A stretch of 64,000 bases of DNA, taken from NCBI GenBank assembly GCA_965603825.1, contig CBFDEM010000050.1, forward strand, positions 62,001 through 126,000, read 5' to 3'. The translations under genes and the position numbers were made by a program. Shown here piece after piece: positions 26,758 through 38,354 of the stretch. Source of the DNA: Blepharisma stoltei ATCC 30299. Lineage: Eukaryota; Protista; Ciliophora. Position 1 is the first letter of the stretch. Every line of letters starts with the position of its first letter. Under the pieces are notes generated by a model that was not told where the DNA came from, did no database searches, and saw only the letters and a list, made by a program, of their open reading frames with translations.

Positions 26758-27627
26758 TTAAATGAAATGAATGTGTAATGAAAAGTATAAAGCCCTGTCT
26801 TCTTCACAAAGAAAGCAAAAATTTTGTATTTGTTTAAAAGGGATTAACAACATTTTTGATAAATCTTCTTTTAAAAAGTCTTTTATATGCCCTACTTCTT
26901 CATAACTCACAGTAAAGCTTTCAAAAGTTATCCTATTGTTATCATTATTTCTATTCAATATTGATAAGCGATATTTTTTCCTCACATCTGGGTTTGGCGA
27001 TCTGACTAGGAAACATAGGATTTTTTCTTCCGAGGAATAGTAATGCTCAAGAATAAAGGTAAAAGGCTCAGAGTCTAAGCTTACAGCTTGTTTTAAAATG
27101 CGAAATCTATATCTTCATATGCTTTCAGAGGGAGGATTTCATAGATACCTAAAGAGGGATCCTCTAGTAAGCTCTTGGACTTCATGGCAATTTGTTAAGT
27201 GGTCTGCTATAAGGCCAGGGTCTCCTCTTCATAAGCATTTTTGAAGCTCTTTGTAATAGCAAAACACTTGCGGCCTGTACTCACAAGTTTTTTCATGCTC
27301 AAATCGTTCAGATAGAGTAACTTGTTTGGTGCAGCCTCTTGAAGACCAGTTGCATTGGATTGTAAATTTATCAAGAAGCTGCTCTAAACTATAATTTCTA
27401 ACCTCACTTGAGATTGGGGATCGACAGACTGCACAAGACTTGCAAGGACTTTGTGACTCGCTCATTCGCTGAACACAACTTTGGCAATAGCTATGCCCTT
27501 TGCTGCACTGCACTATAGGGGGCTTGAAGAAATCTGAGCAGATAAGGCAAATCATGCTTTCATAGAAGTCATTTGAAGGTCTTGGGCGTTTTTCTGGAAG
27601 TGGGAGATCTATTGATTCTGTTATCAT
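26758..27627 (-). CDS. SINA/Siah-type RING E3 ubiquitin ligase
   Basis: CLICSDFFKPPIVQCSKGHSYCQSC RING, CAVCR, RNYSLE, zinc finger C..SSRGC...HEKTCEYRP; three TGA read through to TAA. Confidence 0.88.
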
Positions 27628-27922
27628 TTAAAAATTTCTAACGATATTATAAAATTTCAAAAGAAATAAAACATTTTTATTATAAAATATCAAGCATTAG
27701 TCATCTTAATAAACTTAGGCAATTTGGTAAATATTTTAGAATAGGCTATGCAATTAGCTAATGAAGAATTTTAGATTGTTTGGAAGCTTAAAGAAATAAT
27801 TATTAATTTTATAAATAAGATAAAATATATAAAAATCTATTTATTTGAAAATAATAATCCTTAAATACCTATAAAAACTATCAAAAATCACTATATTATT
27901 TTTATTTCATTAGAGGATATAA

Positions 27923-29932
27923 ATGGGATGCTCTCATAATACACAAAAAGGTGAACAATCAGCATGGACACAAAAATGAGCAACCTTTAAAGCGAAACTC
28001 AAGCTCAGCAAGCCTCGTGACGAAATTGTTAAAATTCTCCTGAAAATTTACACTCATGAGGCAAATCTTGAAGAATTATCCTCAGTCTCAATTATTCCTA
28101 CTGATGCTATAAGTCGTAAAGATCTTGAATTTTACATTCCTCAGCTTGTAAACTTTTTAATATGTGAAAGCACTGAAAATGAAGACCTTAACAAAATTTT
28201 CTTCCAATTCTGTAAAAATTCTATGACTTTTGCCCATAGAGTTATATGGTTTTTATCCTCTGTAAGAGATCCTGGGCTTGCTGTAAGATCTGATGAGTAT
28301 TTTTTATTTAGACTAAAACACCTTGTAGAAGTCGTCAGTAGAGAAGGGACGCTTTTGCCTCATCTAGATGAAGATCCGAAAAGGATTATTTTAAGAGAAA
28401 AAATTAGAATTTATAATGAAATGAAAAAAGAAGATTTAAACCCTCCAGTACCACGTATATTGTATATAGGTGAAAATATTGAAAGAGATATTCCTGTTGA
28501 GCCATACCCAAGGAAAGGAATTAAAGATGTCCTCATGTCAACGCTTTGGCTTGTTGAAGACTTAAATGTTATTGCTGAAAAAATTTTGTATTTAGAAAAA
28601 AAAGAAGCTTTATTAGCGACTGAGATTAAAAAAGTAAATTTGATGCTCCCTGCAAGTGTTCAGGTCCCTTTTCCTGGAAAAGTACCTAAAAATTGCGCAA
28701 TTCTTCATATTCCGCCTAGTGAAATAAAAGTTTTTGAAACAAAGGAAAGGGCTCCTTATTTGATTTGTGTAGAAATTTTTGATCCTGAAGAAGAAAAGAA
28801 AATACTAGAAGAAGAGGAGGAAGATATTTCAAGTCATTCAAGGACTTATTCAATGGTAACAGAGCCTGTACCAAGTTCAGCTGAGCAGAGCTTTGAGCTT
28901 TCTCAAATTGACGCTCTGAAATTGCATAAAAAAAAATCAAATGGTCTAAGAAGTAGTCTAGGAAATGGAGTTCATCTGCCATTTGAAGCAGGCGCCCCAA
29001 CTGGTGACACCGTTTCCGTAGTATATGATTTATCTGAAAACATTATTTCACAAAATCAAGAAACTTCTCAGCAGCAAGCAAAGAGGATCAGGTCAAGATC
29101 AATATTTGGTGAACTAAAAACATGAAGAATGCTAAAAGTAATTGTAAAAGTGGGCGATGACTTGTTACAAGAACAAATTGCAATGCAGCTTGTTTATAAA
29201 TTTCAAGAAATTTTTAAAGAAGATGGGCTAAATTTATGGCTCCGTCCATATGAAATTTTAGCGACTGGGCATAACTCAGGACTTGTCGAATGCATCCCTG
29301 ATGCGCAATCTTTAGACTCAATTAAAAAATCCCTTCCTCACGAATACCAATCCCTTAAAGATTTCTTCAGAATCAGATATGGCCAAGATGACTTAAGCCG
29401 CTATAAAAAAGCTTTAAGCAATTTTGTAGAAAGCCTTGCAGGTTATTCACTGCTTTGCTACATTTTGCAGATTGCTGACAGACATAATGGAAATATATTA
29501 ATGGATAATGAAGGGCATATTATTCATATTGATTTTGGGTTTATTTTGAATTATTTTCCAGGTGGACGTATAAGGTTTGAAGATGTTCCTTTTAAATTGA
29601 CCACTGAATTTTTAGAGTTGATGGGAGGGCATGGCTCAAGCTGATTTAGGTATTTTAGAAAATTATGTGTCAAAGGATTTTTGGCAGTCAGAAAAAGAAC
29701 TGAAGAAATTTTGCTGCTATTAGAAATGACAAGAAATGGAGTAGGGAGGCAGCTTCCTTGCTTTTCAGATGGAGAAAGAGCGACAGAATCACTTAAAAAG
29801 AGACTGGTGCCTGAGATGTCAGCTGCTCAGTGCAAAGGACACATAGTTGGGTTAATAAATGAAAGTTTGGACAACTGGAGAACAAACTGGTATGACCGCT
29901 ACCAATATCTTTGCCAAAATATTTTATATTAG
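27923..29932 (+). CDS. Phosphatidylinositol 4-kinase (type III beta-like)
   Basis: MGC start; DLEFYIPQLV helical domain; KERAPYLI; IVKVGDDLLQEQ, DRHNGN, HIDFGF, FEDVPFKLT; three TGA. Confidence 0.93.
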
Positions 29933-30577
29933 ATAAGAAACTCATATAAAATCATTTAATTTAAAGGTTAAATAAATCGATAAATTACTTTTATTTTTAA
30001 GAAATTCTAATACGCTTTAACAGTCCATAGATTTCATTATGTACTTCAGAGGAGCTTCTCGATTTTATGATTTCGAAGCAGAAATTTGTTTTGGCTTTCT
30101 CACATTTATTTATCGAGATTTTATAGACAAGCCATAAACGTTTCAAATAACTCTCAAAACTGCTTTAAATTTTCCCAAATGTTTGGAATAATGAATTTAA
30201 AAATCAATCTTGAATAAATCGTATTTTAGGCACAGAAATAGGACTATAATTTTAATCTTTACTTATTTTAGCTGAGTTTTGGCATAAAATTGAAAATTAT
30301 ATGAAACGTATTTTTAACAATCCTAATTCAATATATAAGAAATTGGCATAATTTACAAGCCAAAATCATAAGGAGCTCACATTAGAAAAGAAAAATAAGA
30401 CTATATACCCAAAACATTCATTTTGAATAATAGTTAACTCTGCCTCAATAATAATTAAAATCATAAATTATTTATTGTAGAGCTTATTGCATCCTAATAT
30501 TTCAATATCAATATCAGTATTTAACCGTCAGTCCTAGCGTTTAATCAAAGAAGTATTGAAGATTTATTATTTTTAAT

Positions 30578-32671
30578 ATGGTTGAACTAGCGCTTATTAG
30601 AAGAATGCAAGCACGTATTGACAATCTTTTTGAAAAGCATTGCTATGAAAGTGGCATAGCAATGCTAGAGCGTTTTTCTGGGCTTGCAAAAGATTATCCA
30701 GGACATCGAGATTTAATTTTTGAACATGTAAAAACGATTTTATTTTTATGTTTAGAAATTGTGAAAAATATACCAGAAAATGAAACCTCCATATATTTGA
30801 TTTCAAGCTGCTATAAACTTATAAAGCCTCATTCCATACTGAATCTAAGCGAAATCTTTAATATCAAGCAAGTTCTGGGTAAGCTTTATTATGAAAGTAA
30901 GAAGTTTATCAAGGCTGAGAAATTCTTCCAAGCATCGTATAAGCTGTCAAAAGAAATTCCATTAAGTGCAGAAATTTTGGAATTTTATCTATTTTACAGT
31001 AAATTTAACCTTGAATTTCAAAATAAAGTAATAGCTTCAAGCAAGTTTGCAAAAAAAATATTAAAAAATGCAAACAAAATTAATGCAGATAAAATTGATA
31101 TTGCTAATTTGCAAGAAAAAGCTCTCAAAATACTAATCAAGATAGAAATTGGCGCAAAGAATAAGGAAAATATAATTAAGTTGCTTGATTATGCAAGAAA
31201 GCTGCCATATATTAATACTTCAAAGCTCATGGCATGAGTTAACAATAGGTTTCAAGGGCTTGATTACTCGGATGTGGTTGCTTCTTCAATTTTAAATAAG
31301 TATAAAGAAAATCCAAAAGACAGATTCCCATCTACTAATACAAAATCCAAGCTACTACTAAGTTATAAAGAATCATCATTAGACTCTCCCAAGTCTCCTA
31401 AAAGCATCCAAAGCAGAACATTCCGATTAGGGTCACCAATTAACTTATCCAAAAGATCTTGTTTTTCACCTGAATCAACAAGAGTAAATTCTCCTGTGAA
31501 TTTCAATTTCAAGCCTAAACTTCTTTTCAATAAAAACAAATCTTCAAGAATTTTAAAACCTCAAAAACAGATAATAGAAAAAGACCAAGACTCAACAGAT
31601 AGTACTGTAACTCTCGAATCTAAACCATTAGAAATAAAATCTGAAGAGGAAAATTCACCTATAACCCTGACAAGTGATAGCGAAATTAATAAAGAAACCT
31701 CGAAATTATTTATAAAATTAAGCGAAGACAAAGAAGAGCCAATAAAAAGCGAATCTCCAAATCCAAATCAGAATTTAGAAGAAAATACAGAAAAAAACGA
31801 TACAACAGCAATACCTAAATCTGAAGAAAATAAAGAAATAAATAAAAACACTGAGATAAAGGCTAATGAAAAAGACACAAAAATAATGATAAAATCCGAA
31901 GAAAATAAACAAATAAATAAAAATGCAGAAATTAAGGTTAAAGAAGACAAATTTAATGATATAACCAAAGTTTCAATTATGATCCAATCATATGTGCGAA
32001 AATTGCTTGCCCAAAGAAAATTCAAAAACGATCAATCAAAACGCAAAGGCTTTACTGGGTACATTGCATATGGGCGACGAAAATTCAATGGCATTCTTTA
32101 TTTTGTCACCATAACATATCAAGGATTTGATAATCAGAATTTACGAAAAATCTGTGGAGTGTTAGCCAGAAATGTTGATAAAATGAATATTATTGTTGAT
32201 GCATATCCTCTAGTATCTGGGATTAAAAAGCCAGTATTCAGTTGTTATTCTACAGAAGAAATCACTGAGCTACTTGGCGTTTGGGACTTTGAGTTCTTAA
32301 AAAGTTCTTTACAGCCTGTTCTGTTAGATCGCGTAAAAATTATAAATAATCGTATCGATTTTTTTGCGACTGAAAAAGTCAGTGATCCGATGAAAAGATT
32401 GATTTATAGAGGAAAAGGCAAATTGGGGACTAGTAATTATTATAATATTCGGATCCACGAAATTATACAAGGATCAGTAAAAGGATATATGATAGCAGCA
32501 TTTACATTAAATCAAAAAATGGAAAAATTATTAGACATGCACCAACTAATTGAGCTGTTTGGAACAAGCCAAGAAAATATTATATTAAATAAAGTGCATG
32601 AAATAATTTCTTTATTGGCCGTGGAAAACAATAAATTGGTTATAAAAAAAGCAAACCCGGAACCTATGTAA
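30578..32671 (+). CDS. Hypothetical protein with TPR-like N-terminus and IQ motif
   Basis: Two same-frame ORFs joined at TGA; IQSYVRKLLAQRK IQ-like motif. Confidence 0.72.
31817..31945 (+). repeat. 75-nt in-frame tandem duplication (KSEENK[E/Q]INKN[T/A]EIK)
   Basis: Units start at 31817 and 31892. Confidence 0.8.
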
Positions 32672-32825
32672 AATAAATAGCAATTTTTTCCATTAATAGA
32701 GATTTTTAAATTTAAGAATATACCATTTTATGAATTTGCAGACATTCAATATGTTCCAAATTCTGAATTAAAGTCTTGCTAGATATAATAAAGTTATAAA
32801 TTCCTTATAGTAAATAATTATTATT

Positions 32826-34493
32826 TTAAATGCGAGTTCTAGGTTCTCCATGATCATCAACGTTTTTCCCAACTTTTTGTTTCCCATCAGCTGAATCTGT
32901 AGCCAGTTTTTTAGCTAGCTCTGGATTAACTCCTCTTAAATTCGGCTGATTTGAAGCCTCCCATTGTTCATATATTGCTCTATCGCAAGGACAATTCGTT
33001 CCCTGTGCCTGCCACGAAAGAAGAGCCAAAATCATAGTATTCCCAATTTCCCAAGAGATTTTTCTACTTAAATGCTGTTGAGTTAACAGTGGCAAAATAT
33101 TTTCTACCCTTTGAATCAAATGGCTAGCGCCTAAACTCTCTAGCGTTTTCTTAAAATAAGTCAAATTTGGGTCTTTTAATGTAGCTATAGCCCTCAGTAC
33201 ATCTAAACTTAGCACATTTGTGGTGCCTTCCCATATTGCATAAACCTGAGAATCCCTTAAAATGCTTGCAATATTTGAATTTTCCATATAACCAACCCCT
33301 CCTATACATTCAATAGCTTCACTAGCAATTTCTACCGCCTTTTTGGCTGTATAAAGTTTTACAACAGGTGTAATAAGCCTTAATGTTGCTTTTTCCCAAC
33401 TATTTGCAGTGTTTTTTTCTATTTTTTCCAGCAGATTTCATGCATAAATAGTCAAAATTAAGCATCCTCTGAAGCTTAATTCCATTTCACTTAATGTAGA
33501 TTGATGCAATGGGTATTCAATTACAGGCTTTTTAAATGCAATTCTTCTATATGCGTAATCTCTTGATATTGCAATTGATCTCCTCATAGCTGCAACAGCT
33601 CCTAGACTGTTGTAAAGTCTGGTGATATTAATTAAATGAGCGATATATTTAACACCTTGTCCAATTGGGGAGACTAGTTTTGCCCTACACCCATCAAGAA
33701 TCATTTCAGCAGTTGGCAGCTGTTTTGTGCCCATTTTTTCTTTAAGTCTTACAATTTTTATTCCATTGAGCTCTCCAGCTTCGTTTCTTAATTTTAGATA
33801 GAATAAGGACAGCTTAGAATCAACTCTTGCAAGAGCAAAAGCAGCATCTGCGGTTGTAGCTGATGTGAACCATTTATATCCATACAGCTTATAATAATCT
33901 CCGTTTTCATGTACAGCATAAGTCCTAGTTCCATTTGATACGTCAGATCCTCCATGTTTTTCTGTCATCCACTGTCCACAAGTCCAAAACTCCTCAGGAT
34001 TATTACTAGTCAGCCTTGTATAAGCTTCCATCAACTCAGGGTCTTCTTTAGCTTTTAGAAGCTCTCTGCTTAAAAATGCGGCCCCGTCAGTCATAGCTAA
34101 AGGACACAGAAAAAGTCCTGAAGAAGGGCTAAATAAATAAAGTTTGGCAAATTGAAGAAGTCTATGATGAATAATATTACTATACCCATGCTTTATCAAG
34201 CTTTCCTCAGCGCTTACTTTTTGCATAAATCCCCAAGCTGGATTTGTATAAATTTTATCCACCCTTCTCCCCCAGGCGTCAAACTGTTCAAAAACCGGGG
34301 GGAATTTTTCACATAAAAGGTGGTTTTCATAAATATCGCCTATAACCCTTTTCCCAAACCTTATTAATTCTCCTGAATACCTTCCCAGCTCATCTCCCAT
34401 AAAACTTGTCAAATATGATATCAGGGCTGAGTCTTCTAAATATTGGTTTCCCAGCCTTGGGCCTTCTTGTGAGTAATTAATATCTTCCACCAT
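32826..34493 (-). CDS. AidB-like acyl-CoA dehydrogenase
   Basis: CPLAMTDGAA, GQWMTEKHGGSDV, GYKWFTSA, RLKEKMGTKQLPTAE, IWEGTTNVLSLD; one TGA. Confidence 0.93.
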
Positions 34494-34522
34494 TCTTATA
34501 ATATGGTTACTTATTAATCTAA

Positions 34523-35626
34523 TTATGCATCAGAATCAGAGGCTTCAAAGCTGTCATCTTCGGACTCATCTTCAATTTCCATGTTTTCTCCTTCTGATGA
34601 CAGTATTTGTTCCTTTTGCAGGTCTTCTTCTTCCTCGAGGTTTCTGATAGGGATTTTCTTCTTTTCTAAAAAGCTGAACAGGTTTTTATATTCTTGACGG
34701 TCGACTCCAGTGAATTGGAAGCTTCCTGTCTTTGTGGTCACGTTTAGGTCAAAAGATCTGTTTGTGGACATAGAATGCTCGCTGACTCTGGCGAATTCTA
34801 TAAAGCGGATGTCTTCAAATCTGATATAAATAACTGGTTTTGATATAAAAATAAAGCTTTTTTGAAGAGGATATAAATGCCCTTCACTTGCTCTGACTGA
34901 GCATTTTATTGCGTGGGTGTCGTTGAAACTTCTGAAAGTTCCTGGAATAATTATATTGATTTTCACCATAGCTTTAAACAGTCTAGAAATCACATCAAAT
35001 GCTTTTCCTTCAATTGTAGGGGTCAAGTCTTCACCGAAATTTTTCTTAATTTCTTCAGGGGCCAAGTTTAAGCTCACGCTTTCTTCTTGCTCTTTATTGA
35101 ATTGCAAGACCACGAATGGGTATAAAGTGTTTCCTTGTCTAATTGGTGGCTCCAACCCTATTACGATAGCTACATGGATTCCGTCAGGTTTTGGAAGCAG
35201 AAAAGCCCTGGTCACGTTTTTGTACATAATTTTGTAGTTGTGGGTTTTTCCGTGGAGCCTCATAAAGGTATGGAACATGTCTAAAGAGCATTTTCCTCTT
35301 GGCACAATCATCGGCAGATCATACAATGTTACAATTGCGTCTCCTGAGTAGGCTCTTAGATCAGCACGGTCACTTATTTCTTTTGCAATTTTTTCACAAG
35401 AGTCTGGGTCAGGGACATAAAGCCTCATTTCACAGAGAATATCATCTTCCATAGTATCGTCCTGTTGGAATTCTAAAGCCACCTCATTTTTCCCAGGAAT
35501 TGCACAATTTGCTATATCTTTATAGTTGATTGTGAAACAAGGCTGGGCGTCGACTGAGAAGTCGAGACCAGTTTCTGTCGTGTTCAAGTCACCCCAACTC
35601 CAACCTTTAGTAGATAATTCTGCCAT
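34523..35626 (-). CDS. SSRP1: FACT complex subunit SSRP1/POB3 (apparently lacking the first PH domain and HMG box)
   Basis: KGWSWG, KNEVALEF, PRGK, LHGKT, FLLPKPD, PPIRQGNTLYP, GHLYPL, FARV; acidic tail. Confidence 0.93.
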   Translation of the reverse strand: MAELSTKGWSWGDLNTTETGLDFSVDAQPCFTINYKDIANCAIPGKNEVALEFQQDDTMEDDILCEMRLYVPDPDSCEKIAKEISDRADLRAYSGDAIVTLYDLPMIVPRGKCSLDMFHTFMRLHGKTHNYKIMYKNVTRAFLLPKPDGIHVAIVIGLEPPIRQGNTLYPFVVLQFNKEQEESVSLNLAPEEIKKNFGEDLTPTIEGKAFDVISRLFKAMVKINIIIPGTFRSFNDTHAIKCSVRASEGHLYPLQKSFIFISKPVIYIRFEDIRFIEFARVSEHSMSTNRSFDLNVTTKTGSFQFTGVDRQEYKNLFSFLEKKKIPIRNLEEEEDLQKEQILSSEGENMEIEDESEDDSFEASDSDA

Positions 35627-35635
35627 TATTTATTA

Positions 35636-35643
35636 CGCGCCAT
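35636..35643 (-). promoter_or_regulatory. E2F-like site (AA)ATGGCGCG upstream of SSRP1
   Basis: GGCGCG core 9 nt before the ATG; imperfect match to TTTSSCGC. Confidence 0.45.
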
Positions 35644-35719
35644 TTCTCTTTGACCTCAATTCTGTCAGGAGAGGGACTGAGGAATATTAGTTTAATAAAC
35701 TAAAATAATTAATAGTTTA

Positions 35720-37435
35720 TTATGTATTGGTTAAATTAGATACAATTTCATAAAGTTCAATAAAATCAGGCCGCGATTTCTCATCAACAGTCAGCATCGG
35801 ACGTAGAATTCTTTTCAATTTTTCACTATAAGGAATATTATAGATCTCATCGCTAAGCCTCTGCTCTAAGTTACTAGAAAGATCATTTAAGCCAGTTGGC
35901 TGACGTAAACTTGCCATGCTGAAAAATGTGAGTCCTAAAGAATAAACGTCTGATTTAAATCTGTTATGTCGAACTATCACATTAGGATTTGATCCCCTTA
36001 TATAGCCCATATAAGCTTCCAACTGCAGAGGGCTAAAGAATGGTACAGTTCCACCAAGCTTAAACGTCCTCGTTGTTTCTGTAGAAATCCTAAAAGTATC
36101 ATGTGTCGCAATGCCAAAATCAATGATTTTGATTTTACGTTCTTTCGTAAAAGCAAAATTCGGAGGTTTAATATCGGAATGCCCTATATTCTTCCCTTGC
36201 ATTTGGCAAAAGGCTTCAATCAAAGATTTAAAAATCTCTATCAGCTCTTCCTCTTCCCAAAACGACCCTGTTTTTGCCCTTTCTTCTATTTCTTTCCCTA
36301 GGTCTCCTCCTTCGCAGTTTTCCATGACTATCAAATTATTGAAATATTTTCCTTTATGGTCTAAAAGTGTAGCATAAACTTTGCAAATATTAGGATGGTC
36401 TAATTCTTTCATTATGAAAACTTCTCTGATAACATAATTAAACTCTTCTTGGTTTTCACAGTAATTTATTTTGATTGCAACTTTTAGGTTTTGAAGGCTT
36501 TTTAGTACCCCTAAATGGATTTCGACCTTTTGGTTTTCACTTTGATATACTAATTTTTCAAAATTAATATCAGATACTTTTATTCCTCTAGTAATTATCT
36601 CCATAATAGATGATGATGGAGGGTTGACTGAGGGCGGAATTGGCGCTGGTGCCCTTCTTGAATCTGGGATTTGTGGTCTTGCATTCTGTGGAGGTCAGCC
36701 GTTTTGTGCTTGCTGTCTTGGACTTATAGGTGATTTTGGCCTTGTGTTTATAAGCTGGTTAATTTCATTTGCCCTAATTGCTGGAGTTATAGGGGCCTGC
36801 CTTCTTAAATCTATTTGCTGAGTTGGCTGATTTTGCACTTGCAATTGTGATCTTCTAGGAGATAGAGGAATTCCTGGCTGCATCTGTGGGGTCTGAGGAA
36901 ACCTTGGGATATTTACTTGTGAGCCACTAAGAGGTGGGGATTCATACAAAACTTCTTGAGATCCCGATCTATGAACATTTGCTTCATATCTGCTTGGAGG
37001 ATTTACCACTCATCCTGAATCAGATTTTTGCCTCATCATATTTGGAGGATCATTTGGAATTGTGTCGTTTTGCGGTCCAATTAGCTCTATTTCCAGCTTT
37101 ACTCAGCCAGTCATTTTATTATTTCAAGAAATTGGGTACTTTTCACATTCTCTGCCTTTTTCAAGCAAATTCCTTAAGCCAATCACACCTTGACCGATAA
37201 CTTGATTAGATAAGATGCCTTTCTCAATGACTTGGACTGTTAATACGCTTCCGTCCTTTTGTGGGAATTCGAATGTTTCGCTTCATAGTGGAGAATATCC
37301 AGGTATTGTTGATGAATCCTGGACATTTGACCCTAATCTGAGAGAAGCATATGTTTTTATTCCTAAAATGTTTTTTTTGGTTATTTCACCTTCAACAAGC
37401 CTCACTTTTAATATTCCTTGGTTTGAGCTTCTCAT
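35720..37435 (-). CDS. C2-domain + Pro/Gln-rich linker + Ser/Thr protein kinase
   Basis: Single frame from ATG 37435 through several TGA. C2-like LKVRLVEG...P.(W)SETFEF...LTVQV...IGQGVI; kinase VAIK, HSDIKPPN, DFG, KSDVYSLG. Confidence 0.85.
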
Positions 37436-37602
37436 AGAAATTTATATAATTTCTTTAATTTTTAATTATTTATGTCTGGAGAAACTTTATAATTGATTAA
37501 TTTTGCTTTTTTTAAAGAAGAATTTCATTAGTAATGAAATATAACTTTTATGAAATAAAGAATTTAAAATCTATAAGAATATAAAAAAATTATCAATATA
37601 GC

Positions 37603-37902
37603 ATGGCTTCAAGGAAAGATATAGAACAGATTTTAACTGATCAAGACCAACTAAATAAGCTTGTATTTGTAGCTATGAAGACAATAGACACGAATGACTC
37701 AGGAACATTAGATCCTGATGAGCTGGGTAATATTATGAGACAAGTCGCAATAGATGTTGGCGATACTCCTCCCAGCGATAGCGATATCAGAGAAGTTTTC
37801 GCAGAATTAGACAAGAATAATGATGGGTATATTGATTTTGATGAATTTAAAGATCTGATAGTAAGAGTTCTGAACAATATTTTGAGTTCAGAACTTGCTT
37901 AG
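37603..37902 (+). CDS. Two-EF-hand calcium-binding protein
   Basis: DTNDSGTLDPDE and DKNNDGYIDFDE loops. Confidence 0.92.
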   Translation: MASRKDIEQILTDQDQLNKLVFVAMKTIDTNDSGTLDPDELGNIMRQVAIDVGDTPPSDSDIREVFAELDKNNDGYIDFDEFKDLIVRVLNNILSSELA

Positions 37903-37959
37903 TTTATATATTTCATTAATTTAATTGAATATCCAAATACTCAAGATTATACTCTTAAT

Positions 37960-38340
37960 ATGGAAAACAAACCATCTGGAAGAACAAATGCCAAAGGCAA
38001 GAGTAAAGAAGACAGTTTTCAAACTTCCGCAGTTGATCAATATCAAAGATGCATTACAGACAGCCCTGGCATCATTGAATACAAGCAGCGCCCAGATCTA
38101 ACAATTGACGAAATCGCAGAACTTAGGTGTAAACCTTTGGCTTGCCAAGTCCAAATGTGTATGTCAGTTCCTCACAAGCAAGCTTCACAAAGAGACATTT
38201 TCACAGGCATGCCCGTTAATTTTAATAGTGAATGTGAAAACCATAAAAGAAATTTTTATGAGTGTATTGAAAGAGAAAGAGAATTGGTCTTAGAAAAAAT
38301 TAAACAGAACATTTCTGTGGAAGAAATACTAAAAAGTTAA
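37960..38340 (+). CDS. Twin CX9C protein, CMC4/p8-MTCP1-like
   Basis: CKPLACQVQMC and CENHKRNFYEC. Confidence 0.65.
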   Translation: MENKPSGRTNAKGKSKEDSFQTSAVDQYQRCITDSPGIIEYKQRPDLTIDEIAELRCKPLACQVQMCMSVPHKQASQRDIFTGMPVNFNSECENHKRNFYECIERERELVLEKIKQNISVEEILKS

Positions 38341-38354
38341 TTAGAATTATTCAA

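Noticed and set aside
30040-30125. Imperfect hairpin (GCTTC-TCGA...TCGAAGC) and 32-codon ORF in a 645-nt spacer
   Set aside because: Too short and weak to support an ncRNA or gene without expression data
32826-34493. Recent bacterial HGT of aidB
   Set aside because: AidB-like dehydrogenases occur in many eukaryotes; composition and TGA-Trp usage match the host, so no support without a phylogeny
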